This document shows positions 1 through 9,735 of a stretch of DNA of 64,000 nt, one piece after another. The stretch is from NCBI GenBank assembly GCA_000989305.1, contig LBTB01000006.1, forward strand, positions 2,448 through 66,447. The letters are read 5' to 3'. Both the position numbers and the translations under genes were made by a program. Origin of the DNA: Candidatus Shapirobacteria bacterium GW2011_GWF2_37_20 (GTDB taxonomy: Bacteria; Patescibacteriota; Microgenomatia; UBA12405). Below the pieces are notes generated by a model that made no database searches, was not told the DNA's origin, and worked only from the letters and a program-made list of their open reading frames with translations. Positions within the stretch are counted from its first letter, which is position 1, and each line of letters opens with the position of its first letter.

Positions 1-1
1 C

Positions 2-754
2 CTTTTCGTCCACAATACCAATTCGGTCACCATCAGCGTCAAATGTGAAACCAATGTCGGCACCTGCCTCAACAACCTCGGAGGCTAATCTCTTGGCAAC
101 AATTGATTCAGTTGGATCAGGAGTACCTAAGGGAAAGGACCCGTCAATATTACAATGTTTTTCGATTACTTCAAATCCGGCTTGTTTAAATAAAGCTGGA
201 GCCATGATGCCGGCTGTAGTGTGACTGGGATCAATTAATATTTTTAATTTTGAACGATTGGGTAATCTAGTTAATATGTCTTTAAAATAATCCTGCGTAA
301 TATCTTTATTCTCGACAGTACCAACTGTGTCCGTTTCAAAATAATTTTCTGTTTCAATAATTTGGAGAACCTCTTGAATACCATCAGAAACAAGGGTTTC
401 TGAAAAATCGGCGGCTAATTTAAATCCGTTATATTCTGCTGGATTATGTGAAGCGGTAATAAAGGCCCCACCTTTAATATTTAGAAAATACTGTGACCAA
501 TAAAAAGTACCGACCATGGTTAGTCCAATATCTACGACTTTGACTCCAACAGAGCTTATACCTTTGATAAAGGCGCTGCTGTACTCCTTCGAAGTTAGGC
601 GACAATCACGACCAACGACGGCCTGTGATATCCCCTTGTTTTGAAGATATGTACCATGAGCTTTACCAATATGTTCGACAATTTCCGGAGTTAAATCTGT
701 ACCGGCAATACCACGAATGTCATAACCACGAAAAATTTGTTTGTTAACAATCAT
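2..754 (-). CDS. Phosphomannomutase/phosphoglucomutase (5' part; runs off the window start; not in ORF track)
   Basis: Manual translation from ATG at 754: MIVNKQIFRGYDIRGIAG...VGRDCR...ITASHNPAEYNGFK (phosphoserine motif)...GFTFDADGDR (metal-binding loop). Confidence 0.93.
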   Translation of the reverse strand, partial: MIVNKQIFRGYDIRGIAGTDLTPEIVEHIGKAHGTYLQNKGISQAVVGRDCRLTSKEYSSAFIKGISSVGVKVVDIGLTMVGTFYWSQYFLNIKGGAFITASHNPAEYNGFKLAADFSETLVSDGIQEVLQIIETENYFETDTVGTVENKDITQDYFKDILTRLPNRSKLKILIDPSHTTAGIMAPALFKQAGFEVIEKHCNIDGSFPLGTPDPTESIVAKRLASEVVEAGADIGFTFDADGDRIGIVDEK

Positions 755-823
755 AAAAATTACTTTTTAATGATTAACTGTATTCCAAGATAACATATTA
801 AGCTTTTTTGGTAAAATAGCCTC

Positions 824-1162
824 ATGGGTCAAATATCATACGATGATTTTGCAAAAGTGGAATTTAGAATTGGGGAAATTGTGGAGGCAAAAAATGTTGA
901 AGAATCAGATAAATTGATTAAGATGATAGTTGATTTTGGTGAAGAATTAGGACAAAAGATAGTCTATTCGGGAATTAGACACTGGTATTCCCCTACCGAT
1001 TTATTAAACAAAAAAACTATTTTTGTTGTAAATATTATCCCAAAAAAAATTATGGGGGAAGAAAGTGGCGCGATGATATTTGCGGCTGAAGATGAGGCCA
1101 ACGACAAGCTGTCAATTTTGGAGATAGAAAAAGATTTACCCTCAGGCACGAAAGTATTTTAA
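824..1162 (+). CDS. Stand-alone tRNA-binding OB-fold protein (Trbp111/CsaA/MetRS C-terminal-like)
   Basis: ISYDDFAKVEFRIGEI...DKL...DFG...SGI...VVN...KIMGEESGAM...GTKV pattern. Confidence 0.88.
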   Translation: MGQISYDDFAKVEFRIGEIVEAKNVEESDKLIKMIVDFGEELGQKIVYSGIRHWYSPTDLLNKKTIFVVNIIPKKIMGEESGAMIFAAEDEANDKLSILEIEKDLPSGTKVF

Positions 1163-1181
1163 ATATCTGCTAAAATTAGGC

Positions 1182-2762
1182 ATGATTAAAAAGGATTTGG
1201 AAAAGTGGTTAAATGAGAACAAGATTGAGGAAAAGGTTGAACATCCTTCGATAACCAAGTTTGGTGATTATGCGATTAGAACAGGTAAAGCGGTAGAAAA
1301 TTTAACTAAAAATGATATTGTGGAAAAAACCGAATTTATGGCTGGGTTTACCAATATTTGGCTGAATAAAAGCATTTTGATTGAGGAAACTGAAAAAATC
1401 GGGACAGAAGAATGGAGTAAAAATCTAAAAGAGAATGGAATTGGCAAAACGATGGTAATTGATTACAGTGCACCCAATATTGCAAAACCCTTTGGAATCG
1501 GACATTTAAGATCGACAAATATTGGACAGGCAATTTATAATATCTATCAAATTTTGGGTTGGAAATGCATTGGCGATAATCATTTAGGTGATTGGGGAAC
1601 TCAATTTGGAAAATTAATCGTGGCTATAAAAAAGTGGGGTGAAAAAGCAGTAGAAGAAATGACCATCGAAGACTTGGAAAATCTCTACGTCAAATTTCAC
1701 TCAGAGGCAGAAAAGGACGAAAAACTAGATGATGAAGCGAGGGAATGGTTTTCGAAGTTAGAAAATAAGGATTTGGAAGCGACTGAAATGTGGCAAAAGT
1801 GTATTGATATTTCCATAAAAGAGTTTGATAAAATTTACGGATTGTTGGGGGTAAGAATTGATTATGCGTTGGGAGAATCATTTTATTTAGACAAGATGGA
1901 CGCGGTTGTTAAATTAATGGAGGATAAAAACATTATTAGGGAAAGCGAAGGGGCAAAGATCATCGAATTCAAGACCATGCCACCAGCAATGGCGATTAAA
2001 TCAAACGGGACAACCACTTATTTTCTAAGAGACATGGCAACAGTGAAATATAGAATGGAAACATGGAATCCGGATTTGATTATCTACGAGATTGGAGCAG
2101 ACCAAGAATTACACTGTCGCCAGGTGTTTGAAACATCAAAAATGCTTGGATGGACGCCACAATTTTATAACGTAGCTCATGGAATGATTAGATGGAAAGA
2201 TGGTAAATTTTCAACAAGAAAAGGACAAACAATTCACTTATCAGAAGTAATTGATAAGGCAATGGAGGAGGCAAAAAAGATAGCTCCGGATAATGATGAG
2301 AAGAAAATAAAAGCAGTGGCAATTGGAGCGATAAAATTTAATGATTTAAATCAGGATCCAAAAAAAGATATTATTTTTGACTGGGAAAAAGTGATGTCGA
2401 TGGAGGGAAATTCCGGCCCTTATTTGCAATATACTTATGCCCGATGTCAAAGCGTATTAAGTAAAAGTCAAAAAAATGCAGGAATTAGTGGTGAGACTAA
2501 GTTGGAATTAGAAGAAGAAAACCTATTACGAGAATTCTATAAATTTGAGGAAAAAATTATTGAAGCGGCTGAGAGATTTAGTCCGGCAGTGGTAGCAGAA
2601 TATTTAATAAATCTTGCCAGAAAATATAATGAGTTTTATGCAAAATTCCGGGTAATCGGTGAGGAAGCAGAGGAACAAAGACTCTTTTTAACCGAAAGAA
2701 CGGCAAGTATACTGAAGCTGGGGTTGACTCTTTTGGGGATAGAAACAATGGAAAAGATGTAA
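1182..2762 (+). CDS. argS: Arginine--tRNA ligase
   Basis: DYSAPNIAKPFGIGHLRST (HIGH), NHLGDWGTQFG, KFSTRKG, GNSGPYLQYTYAR, LLGIETMEKM. Confidence 0.97.
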   Translation: MIKKDLEKWLNENKIEEKVEHPSITKFGDYAIRTGKAVENLTKNDIVEKTEFMAGFTNIWLNKSILIEETEKIGTEEWSKNLKENGIGKTMVIDYSAPNIAKPFGIGHLRSTNIGQAIYNIYQILGWKCIGDNHLGDWGTQFGKLIVAIKKWGEKAVEEMTIEDLENLYVKFHSEAEKDEKLDDEAREWFSKLENKDLEATEMWQKCIDISIKEFDKIYGLLGVRIDYALGESFYLDKMDAVVKLMEDKNIIRESEGAKIIEFKTMPPAMAIKSNGTTTYFLRDMATVKYRMETWNPDLIIYEIGADQELHCRQVFETSKMLGWTPQFYNVAHGMIRWKDGKFSTRKGQTIHLSEVIDKAMEEAKKIAPDNDEKKIKAVAIGAIKFNDLNQDPKKDIIFDWEKVMSMEGNSGPYLQYTYARCQSVLSKSQKNAGISGETKLELEEENLLREFYKFEEKIIEAAERFSPAVVAEYLINLARKYNEFYAKFRVIGEEAEEQRLFLTERTASILKLGLTLLGIETMEKM

Positions 2763-2820
2763 GTGATATAATAAACATTATTATTATATAGTTATATAAA
2801 TAATTATTAACAAAAAAGAA

Positions 2821-3222
2821 ATGAGTGTAGAAAAATATGATGATATGCCAAGAGCTTTGAAAACAAAAGCCAATAAGTCTGAGAGAGTAAAAACTAGTCT
2901 TAATATTCAGACATTAAATTATTACGGAATAATTGATTTATTTGATGAATTTAAGGAACAGATGCTTCCAGAACATGGTGACGTTAAGGTTGAACATGAA
3001 AATGATTGGTCAGCTGTTACTATTGGATGGGATTTTAAAACACATGATGGAGCTGAAGGGCCATACACGGTTGGAAGGGGTATTTTTGCGACAGTAGAAG
3101 ATGAAGATGTTCTTATTTCTTATTCCGGCCTAGACAGTCAACTTTACATGGTATCCCAAAGTAATATACATGATCTGATACGCGATGGGATAAAAAGAGC
3201 CCAATTACCAGAATCGATATAA
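2821..3222 (+). CDS. Hypothetical protein
   Basis: 133-aa ORF filling the argS-lon gap; no recognised motif. Confidence 0.6.
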   Translation: MSVEKYDDMPRALKTKANKSERVKTSLNIQTLNYYGIIDLFDEFKEQMLPEHGDVKVEHENDWSAVTIGWDFKTHDGAEGPYTVGRGIFATVEDEDVLISYSGLDSQLYMVSQSNIHDLIRDGIKRAQLPESI

Positions 3223-3227
3223 TTTAA

Positions 3228-5576
3228 CTATCTAAAAATCTTTTTATAGATTTCGGAATAGTGGGAAACGGGAATAAATTTGATGTCTTTTTTTACTTCC
3301 TTGGGAATATCAACCAGAGACTTTTGATTGTCTTTGGGGATAAAAATAGTTTTCAAGCCAGCGCGATGGGCGGCAATTGATTTTTCCTTTAACCCGCCAA
3401 TTTCTAAAATATTTCCTCGAAGAGTAATTTCCCCGGTCATACCAATATCATGAGAGACCGCATGGCCTGTAAGAGCTGAGACCAGGGCCGTGGTAATAGC
3501 GCCACCGGCACTGGGACCGTCTTTGGGAGTGGCACCCTCGGGAACATGAATATGAATGTCAATTTTATGGAAATTTTGTTTAATCCCCCACTTTAGGGAT
3601 TGAGAACGAACAAAGGAGAGAGCGGCCTGACATGATTCTTTCATGACTGAACCCAATTTTCCGGTCAAAATTAACTGGCCTTTTCCCGGCATTATATTGA
3701 CTTCAATAAAAAGAATATCGCCACCGACGGAAGTCCAGGCTAAACCGGTAGAAACGCCAACTTCATCTTTTTTACCCTTAAGTTGGGAAGTAAATTTTTC
3801 AGGTCCTAAAAATTTTTGCAAAAGCTTTTTATTATTGACGTCAACTTTTTTAGTTTTTCCTGAAACGATTTTTTTGGCTGATTTTCTGTAAATTGAAGCA
3901 ATAACTCTTTCTAAGTTTCTGACACCAGCTTCCCGGGTATATTTATCAATAAGATAAAGGAGAGTCGAATCATTAAACTTGCTAACCTGAGTAACTTTGA
4001 GGCCGTTTGATTTTAATTCTTTGGCAGTCAAATATTTTTGAGCAATATGAAATTTTTCATCCTGAGTGTAACCAGGAAAAGTAATTACCTCTAAGCGATC
4101 ACGAAGGGCGTAAGGAATCGAGAAAAAATCATTACCAGTAAGAATGAAAAAGACTTTGGAGAGATCGAGAGGAAAATCAAGATAATGATCGGTAAAGTTA
4201 TTGTTTTGTTCAGGATCAAGAGCTTCAAGAAGAGCGGCGGAAGGATCACCACGATAATCAGAACCAATTTTGTCAACTTCGTCGAGCATAAAAACAGGAT
4301 TCATGGAGTTGGCATCTTTAATTCCATTGACGATACGTCCAGACATAGCTCCGACATAAGTACGTCGATGACCTCTAATTTCAGCTTCATCACGAATGCC
4401 TCCGAGGGATGCCCGAACAAATTTTCTTCCCATAGCATTGGCAATAGATTTACCTAAAGAAGTTTTTCCAACACCCGGAGGACCAATAAAACAAAGGATG
4501 TTGGTGGTTTTGGTGTCAGCATCTTTTTGCTGATTTTTTAGTTTTATAACAGCCAGATATTCCAGGATTCTTTCTTTGATTTCTTTAAGACCATAATGGT
4601 CTTTGTTTAACATGTTTTCGGCTTTCTTTAGGGATATATCTGAATTGTCATATTTCCCCCAGGGAAGCTCGATAATACTTTCAAGATAAGTTCGAATGTA
4701 GCTGGCTTCCGGGGCCATGGAACCCATTTCAATCATACGGTTATATTCTTTGAGAAGCTTTTTTTTGATAAGTGTCGGTATTTGAGCCTTTTTTAGCTTC
4801 TTTTCCAGCTCGTCAGTTTCTGCTCCGGAACTTTTACCCATCTTTTTTAGTTCCTGTTCAATTTGATGTTTACGTTCTTCTAAGATATTGCGCTTCATGG
4901 CGCTATTAAATTTTTCCTGAGTTTTTTCTTCAATACTTCTTTCTAAGTCAGCAACTTTCATTTCTCGAATTAATAGCTCGGTGGCATGTTTTAGGCGTTT
5001 TGAAACTAGAAGGGTTTGCAATAATTGTTGTTTTTCAGAAATTTTGGTATTAACGGCAAAAGAAACCTGGTCGGCTAAATCAGAGGAAGAAACTCCGGTA
5101 CTAAGCTGCATCATGGCCGGAAGATCAAATTGGCGGCCAAGAGCAAAAGCCTTTTTTAATTGAGACAAAATGGCCTCGGCGGCCTGTTGGACATCAGTTA
5201 CAGGTTCATCAATAATGGGTAGTTCTTCGTATTCGGCTAAAATATGGGGTTCAGTTTGAATAAAATTGACAATGCTAATTCGGGAAAGCCCCTTGACAAT
5301 GGCGTGCATGGAGCCGTCCGTTTGCAAAACATGTTCGATTCTGGCAATAACACCAATATTATAGATATCGTTTATGCCCGGTTTTTCAGTACTGGAGCTT
5401 TTTTGAGCAGTAATAATAACCAGTCGATCATATTTATCATAAGCCTCAAGTAATGAGTTGCTTGATTCTTTTCTCCCGAAAAATAGGGAAGTTTCGACCG
5501 AAGGAAATAAAACTACGTTACGTAAAGGGATAAGGGGAAGAATCTTTTTAGTTTTGGTCGGTATGGTATCTGACAT
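3228..5576 (-). CDS. lon: ATP-dependent protease Lon
   Basis: LPLIPLRN N-domain, GPPGVGKTS Walker A, RGHRRTYVGAM, PKDGPSAG catalytic Ser, IGGLKEK. Confidence 0.98.
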   Translation of the reverse strand: MSDTIPTKTKKILPLIPLRNVVLFPSVETSLFFGRKESSNSLLEAYDKYDRLVIITAQKSSSTEKPGINDIYNIGVIARIEHVLQTDGSMHAIVKGLSRISIVNFIQTEPHILAEYEELPIIDEPVTDVQQAAEAILSQLKKAFALGRQFDLPAMMQLSTGVSSSDLADQVSFAVNTKISEKQQLLQTLLVSKRLKHATELLIREMKVADLERSIEEKTQEKFNSAMKRNILEERKHQIEQELKKMGKSSGAETDELEKKLKKAQIPTLIKKKLLKEYNRMIEMGSMAPEASYIRTYLESIIELPWGKYDNSDISLKKAENMLNKDHYGLKEIKERILEYLAVIKLKNQQKDADTKTTNILCFIGPPGVGKTSLGKSIANAMGRKFVRASLGGIRDEAEIRGHRRTYVGAMSGRIVNGIKDANSMNPVFMLDEVDKIGSDYRGDPSAALLEALDPEQNNNFTDHYLDFPLDLSKVFFILTGNDFFSIPYALRDRLEVITFPGYTQDEKFHIAQKYLTAKELKSNGLKVTQVSKFNDSTLLYLIDKYTREAGVRNLERVIASIYRKSAKKIVSGKTKKVDVNNKKLLQKFLGPEKFTSQLKGKKDEVGVSTGLAWTSVGGDILFIEVNIMPGKGQLILTGKLGSVMKESCQAALSFVRSQSLKWGIKQNFHKIDIHIHVPEGATPKDGPSAGGAITTALVSALTGHAVSHDIGMTGEITLRGNILEIGGLKEKSIAAHRAGLKTIFIPKDNQKSLVDIPKEVKKDIKFIPVSHYSEIYKKIFR

Positions 5577-5578
5577 GA

Positions 5579-5605
5579 TTAGCAGTCTATCACTTTTACT
5601 GCTAA
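5579..5605. promoter_or_regulatory. CIRCE-like inverted repeat (HrcA operator candidate) overlapping the lon promoter
   Basis: TTAGCAGTC-N9-TACTGCTAA versus CIRCE consensus TTAGCACTC-N9-GAGTGCTAA; ends 2 nt before the lon ATG. Confidence 0.7.
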
Positions 5606-5678
5606 GAGTAAAGAGGAAAAAGTGAGGAAATTTTTTTTATTAACGGAAAAGTTTGGTGTTTTAGGGTAAAATATAGCC

Positions 5679-6587
5679 ATGAAAGATGTGATTACTAAAA
5701 AATATGGAATGGTGGTAATTTTGGGTAGACCAAATACCGGCAAGTCTACCTTACTCAACGCCATCATGCAACAGAAGGTGGCCATTACTTCCCCATTGCC
5801 TCAAACTACCAGAAAAAATATTTTGGCGGTGTTTGAAGATGAAAGGGGGAAGATTTTATTTACCGACACTCCGGGTGTATTAGGAAAAGTAAGCGACTTG
5901 ATGGGGAAAAAAGTGAATCAGGAAGCACCTAAAACCCTGAATAAGGCTCAGTTAGTTATCTGTGTGGTGGATATTTCCAGACCTAAAAGTGAAGAGGAAA
6001 ATAAAGTTATCGGGTTAATCAGAAAAGTGGATGTAAAAAAGATCTTGATTTATAACAAAATTGACAAGGCTATTGGAAGTAAAGACCATTTAGCTGATTA
6101 CAATTATTTGGAAGAAGAATTTGATAAAACCCTGTCAATTTCGGCTTTAAAAGAGAAAAATGTTAAAGGAGTAATTAACGCCGTTTTTGAAATGCTGCCG
6201 GAGAAGAATAATAAAGAAATAGAAGCTGAAATTGGCGCCCGACAAGAAGAAAATAAGCCAGTAATCGGAATGGGGTCAAAAGAATATGTTGAAGAAATTA
6301 TTAGGGAAAAGGCTTATTTATTTTTGAGAGAAGAAGTGCCCTATACCATTTTTGTGGGAGTAGACAAAATAGACGATAAGAAAAAACTAATTGTAATTTC
6401 AGCAACAATTTATACTAATGCCGATCGTTATAAAAAAATGATAATTGGTCGCGAGGGGCAAAAAATAAAAGAAATTGGCTATAATGCCAGAAAAGAATTG
6501 GAATTAATGTCGGGGCGAAAAATTTTCCTTGAATTAACTGTCAAAACCGATAAACATTGGATGGAGAGAGTCAACGAATTAGGTTGA
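5679..6587 (+). CDS. era: GTPase Era
   Basis: GRPNTGKSTL, PQTTR, DTPG, NKID, EEVPY, KH domain with IIGREG. Confidence 0.96.
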   Translation: MKDVITKKYGMVVILGRPNTGKSTLLNAIMQQKVAITSPLPQTTRKNILAVFEDERGKILFTDTPGVLGKVSDLMGKKVNQEAPKTLNKAQLVICVVDISRPKSEEENKVIGLIRKVDVKKILIYNKIDKAIGSKDHLADYNYLEEEFDKTLSISALKEKNVKGVINAVFEMLPEKNNKEIEAEIGARQEENKPVIGMGSKEYVEEIIREKAYLFLREEVPYTIFVGVDKIDDKKKLIVISATIYTNADRYKKMIIGREGQKIKEIGYNARKELELMSGRKIFLELTVKTDKHWMERVNELG

Positions 6588-6612
6588 CAGTGCAAGCTAA
6601 TTAATTTAAACT
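6584..6612 (+). promoter_or_regulatory. Sigma70-type promoter upstream of the YtxH-like gene
   Basis: TTGACA-17 nt-TAAACT. Confidence 0.5.
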
Positions 6613-6636
6613 GAATTAGTTATAATTTTTAAAAAT

Positions 6637-7065
6637 ATGGGAAAACAAACAGGAAAATTCTTTTTAGCCAGTATTATTGGTGCAGCTGCCGGAGTCATAG
6701 GTGGCTTATTATTGGCCCCACAAAGCGGAAAGAAGACCAGACAAGAAATTAAAGCTTTAGCCGAGGAACTGACTTTAAAAGTAAAAACAAAGGCCGATGA
6801 TACCAAAAATCAAGTTAAAGATGTCTTTGGTAAATACACAGAAGAAGGAAAAGCAAAATATTTAGAAATAAAAGACGCGGTGGTGGAAAAAGTAGCGGCA
6901 GTAAAAACAGCCGGAGTGGAAATTGACAAAGACAAATATGGAAAAGTGGTTGAAGACGTAGTGGCCGATTTCAAAAATGATTTGAAAGCGACTAAAAGCG
7001 GCAGTAGCAAAATAATTAGTTATCTGAAGAAAGACTGGGAAAAAATTAAAAAAGCCTTAGGTTAA
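6637..7065 (+). CDS. YtxH domain-containing protein
   Basis: GAAAGVIGGLLLAPQSGKKTR followed by a charged helical region. Confidence 0.85.
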   Translation: MGKQTGKFFLASIIGAAAGVIGGLLLAPQSGKKTRQEIKALAEELTLKVKTKADDTKNQVKDVFGKYTEEGKAKYLEIKDAVVEKVAAVKTAGVEIDKDKYGKVVEDVVADFKNDLKATKSGSSKIISYLKKDWEKIKKALG

Positions 7066-8007
7066 GCTTTTAGTTATTAAATCACTTAGTTTTTTTAGAC
7101 TCTCGGTGTCGACAATAGATACCGAGAGTTTTGCGTTAAGAGATTTTTGTAATTTTTTTACTTGAGCCGGTTCCAAAATATCTGATTTGGTAAGAATCAA
7201 GATCTCCGGTTTCTCGGCTAAAACTGAGGAGTAATTTTTTACTTCCTGGCGAACTATTTCATAATCAGCCTGGGGATCCTGAGATTCACAGGAAAGACAA
7301 TGAACTAAAATTTTGGTTCTTTCGATATGTTTTAGAAACTTAATTCCCAGACCCTTGCCATCACTGGCACCTTCGATAAGCCCCGGGATATCAGCAATGA
7401 TTTTGCCGCCTTTAGTAACACCTAAGTTTGGTTCAAGGGTAGTAAAAGCATAATTGGCAACCCGGGCATTGGCTGAAGTAAGTTCGTTTAATAAACTAGT
7501 TTTGCCGGCGTTGGGTAGACCCATTAAACCAATTTCAGCAATAAGTTTTAATTGAATAAAGACATTTCTGACAGCGGTTTTGTAGCCTTTTTGAGATTGA
7601 CGGGGAGTAATGTTGGTGGAGGAACGAAAATGATAATTACCCCAGCCACCATTGCCACCCTTGGCCATCAAAATTGTTTCTCCGACCTTGGAAAACTCAA
7701 CACTAGTGCCATTGTCGTAACGGACAATTGTACCTACTGGGACTTCAACAATCAGATCGCGGCCGTTTTTGCCGGTTTTTTGGTTAGGACCACCATTCTC
7801 TCCGGACTCGGCTTCTAGTTTTTTTAAATAGCGGAATTGGGAAAGGCGACTGATGTCAGAAACTGCTTTAAAATAAATAGCTCCACCATCACCACCCTTG
7901 CCACCGTCGGGCCCACCCTTAGGCCTAGAACCGTCGGAATAGAAATGGACGATACCATTTCCACCATTACCCGCTTGAATAGTAATATTGACTTCATCAA
8001 TTAACAT
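7057..8007 (-). CDS. obg: GTPase Obg/CgtA (no C-terminal OCT domain)
   Basis: Gly-rich Obg fold (GGPDGGKGGDGG), GLPNAGKTS, YAFTTLEPNLG, DIPGLIEGA, FLKHIER. Confidence 0.96.
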   Translation of the reverse strand: MLIDEVNITIQAGNGGNGIVHFYSDGSRPKGGPDGGKGGDGGAIYFKAVSDISRLSQFRYLKKLEAESGENGGPNQKTGKNGRDLIVEVPVGTIVRYDNGTSVEFSKVGETILMAKGGNGGWGNYHFRSSTNITPRQSQKGYKTAVRNVFIQLKLIAEIGLMGLPNAGKTSLLNELTSANARVANYAFTTLEPNLGVTKGGKIIADIPGLIEGASDGKGLGIKFLKHIERTKILVHCLSCESQDPQADYEIVRQEVKNYSSVLAEKPEILILTKSDILEPAQVKKLQKSLNAKLSVSIVDTESLKKLSDLITKSLT

Positions 8008-8020
8008 AATTGATTATACC

Positions 8021-9007
8021 TTAAATTCCAGTGATTAATTGGCCACAAGCAGAATTAATAGATTGACCAAAAGTTTGACGTAAAGAAAAATTTACATGGG
8101 CCTTTGTGAGTGCCTGAGTAAAAACTTTCATTTTCGAAGAAGGGAGGGAGCCGCCTTTTACCGGATTTAAGGGAATTAAATTTAGATAAAACAAATCATT
8201 ACTTTTTAATAGGGCGATTAGTTCGCTCAAATGAGAACTAGAATCATTAACATCTTTAATGAGAGCATATTCCAAAAATATCTGACGGCGGGTATGGGAA
8301 GTGTAATAGTTCAATGACTTTATTAGCTCGTCTAAGGGGTAGAGTTTAGCGATAGGCATAAGATCCTGTCGGGATAATTGGTTGGGGGCGTGGAGAGAGA
8401 TGGCTAAATTGATTTCCGTATCCAAAGAAGCAAAATCATAAATTCGGGGAACTATGCCGGCAGTTGAAATGGAAATTTTTCGGGAACCGATATTCAGATC
8501 TTCTTTGATAATTTTTAAGGCGGCCAATAGGTTATCCCAATTCAAAAATGGTTCGCCCATTCCCATAAAGACAATTCGTCCAACATATTTGGGGGAAATT
8601 TTACTATTCCAATAGATAATTTGATCAACTATTTCAGCCGCAGTTAAGTTACGCTTGAAACCCATTTTACCAGTAGCGCAAAATTTACAGTTTAGAGGAC
8701 AACCAACCTGGGAGCTAACACAGGCGGTAATCCATTGATCATATTCCATTATTACCGATTCAATAGCCAGACCGTCGCTTAGTTGAAGGGCGGCTTTTTG
8801 AGTGCCAGTCCCCGTCTGAAGATTGATTTCTGAAACAGATAAAAGAGGAAACTTATCTTGGAGAAATGTGCGTAAATCTTTTGGTAAATCAGTCATTTCC
8901 AAAAATGATTGAAAGCGCCCTGAATAATAGTTTTTTTTAATTTGGCGATGACGAAACGAAGGTAAATTCAGGGAATTGAGATAGTTGTCAACAGCAATAA
9001 TGTCCAC
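8021..9007 (-). CDS. rlmN: 23S rRNA/tRNA m2A radical SAM methyltransferase
   Basis: CVSSQVGCPLNCKFCATG, FMGMGEP, ISLHAP, SACGQL. Confidence 0.93.
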   Translation of the reverse strand: MDIIAVDNYLNSLNLPSFRHRQIKKNYYSGRFQSFLEMTDLPKDLRTFLQDKFPLLSVSEINLQTGTGTQKAALQLSDGLAIESVIMEYDQWITACVSSQVGCPLNCKFCATGKMGFKRNLTAAEIVDQIIYWNSKISPKYVGRIVFMGMGEPFLNWDNLLAALKIIKEDLNIGSRKISISTAGIVPRIYDFASLDTEINLAISLHAPNQLSRQDLMPIAKLYPLDELIKSLNYYTSHTRRQIFLEYALIKDVNDSSSHLSELIALLKSNDLFYLNLIPLNPVKGGSLPSSKMKVFTQALTKAHVNFSLRQTFGQSINSACGQLITGI

Positions 9008-9010
9008 GCT

Positions 9011-9331
9011 CTATTTTAGCGCGTTTAAATAGTCCTGTTTTTGATGAAAGCCAATAAGGCTATCTTTAAGCTCAGCCTTTTCAAAAACTAAAACGGTAGG
9101 AATTGAAGAAACGTTGTATTTACCAGCTAAATCTTGATTTTCATCAACATTAATTTTAACGACTTTAACTTTATCTTTTAGTTCGTCTCCGATTTCATCA
9201 ATGATTGGACCCAACATTTGACAAGGACCACACCAGGGAGCCCAGAAATCAACGAGAACTTTAATTTCAGAATCTAAAACTTCTTGTTGAAAATTATTTT
9301 GATCAACGATTAGGTGCATATTATTAGTCAC
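9011..9331 (-). CDS. trxA: Thioredoxin
   Basis: VDFWAPWCGPC, SIPT. Confidence 0.96.
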   Translation of the reverse strand: MTNNMHLIVDQNNFQQEVLDSEIKVLVDFWAPWCGPCQMLGPIIDEIGDELKDKVKVVKINVDENQDLAGKYNVSSIPTVLVFEKAELKDSLIGFHQKQDYLNALK

Positions 9332-9725
9332 TTTTTTTAACTAGTTTGGCAGTGTAAACAATGGTTCGCAAAACTCCATCAGAACCTTCAATCTGATTTA
9401 TGCCCGAAAGGGTGACATATTGGGCTAAATAATCGGAGAGGGCAACACGAAGTTCTTTAACCTGAGCCTGATAATCCTTGATTTTCTCAACCAGAGCGGC
9501 TGACTCAGAACTTTTTAGAACTTTTTGTTTGGCAATCATTTTTAGTTTAGCGGACTTACTGGCTTCAGTGGCCAGGTCGCGATATTCCTGATCGTTGTCC
9601 AAAATGGCGTCGAGCATGCTTTTGTGAGTTCGAAGCTCTTTGCTAAGGGTATCAAGACGTTGATCGTGACTCTTTATCAGAGACTCAATACTTAAAAGGT
9701 TTCTGGCGGCATCGGAATCGGTCAT
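9324..9725 (-). CDS. Hypothetical coiled-coil protein (start refined to MTDSD...)
   Basis: Helical, charged ORF between dus and trxA; ATG at 9725 removes the overlap with dus. Confidence 0.7.
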   Translation of the reverse strand: MTDSDAARNLLSIESLIKSHDQRLDTLSKELRTHKSMLDAILDNDQEYRDLATEASKSAKLKMIAKQKVLKSSESAALVEKIKDYQAQVKELRVALSDYLAQYVTLSGINQIEGSDGVLRTIVYTAKLVKKSD

Positions 9726-9735
9726 ATCGTTTAAT

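Noticed and set aside
5579-5785. 68-aa minus-strand ORF upstream of lon
   Set aside because: Antisense to era and spans the promoter/CIRCE region; no protein-like features.
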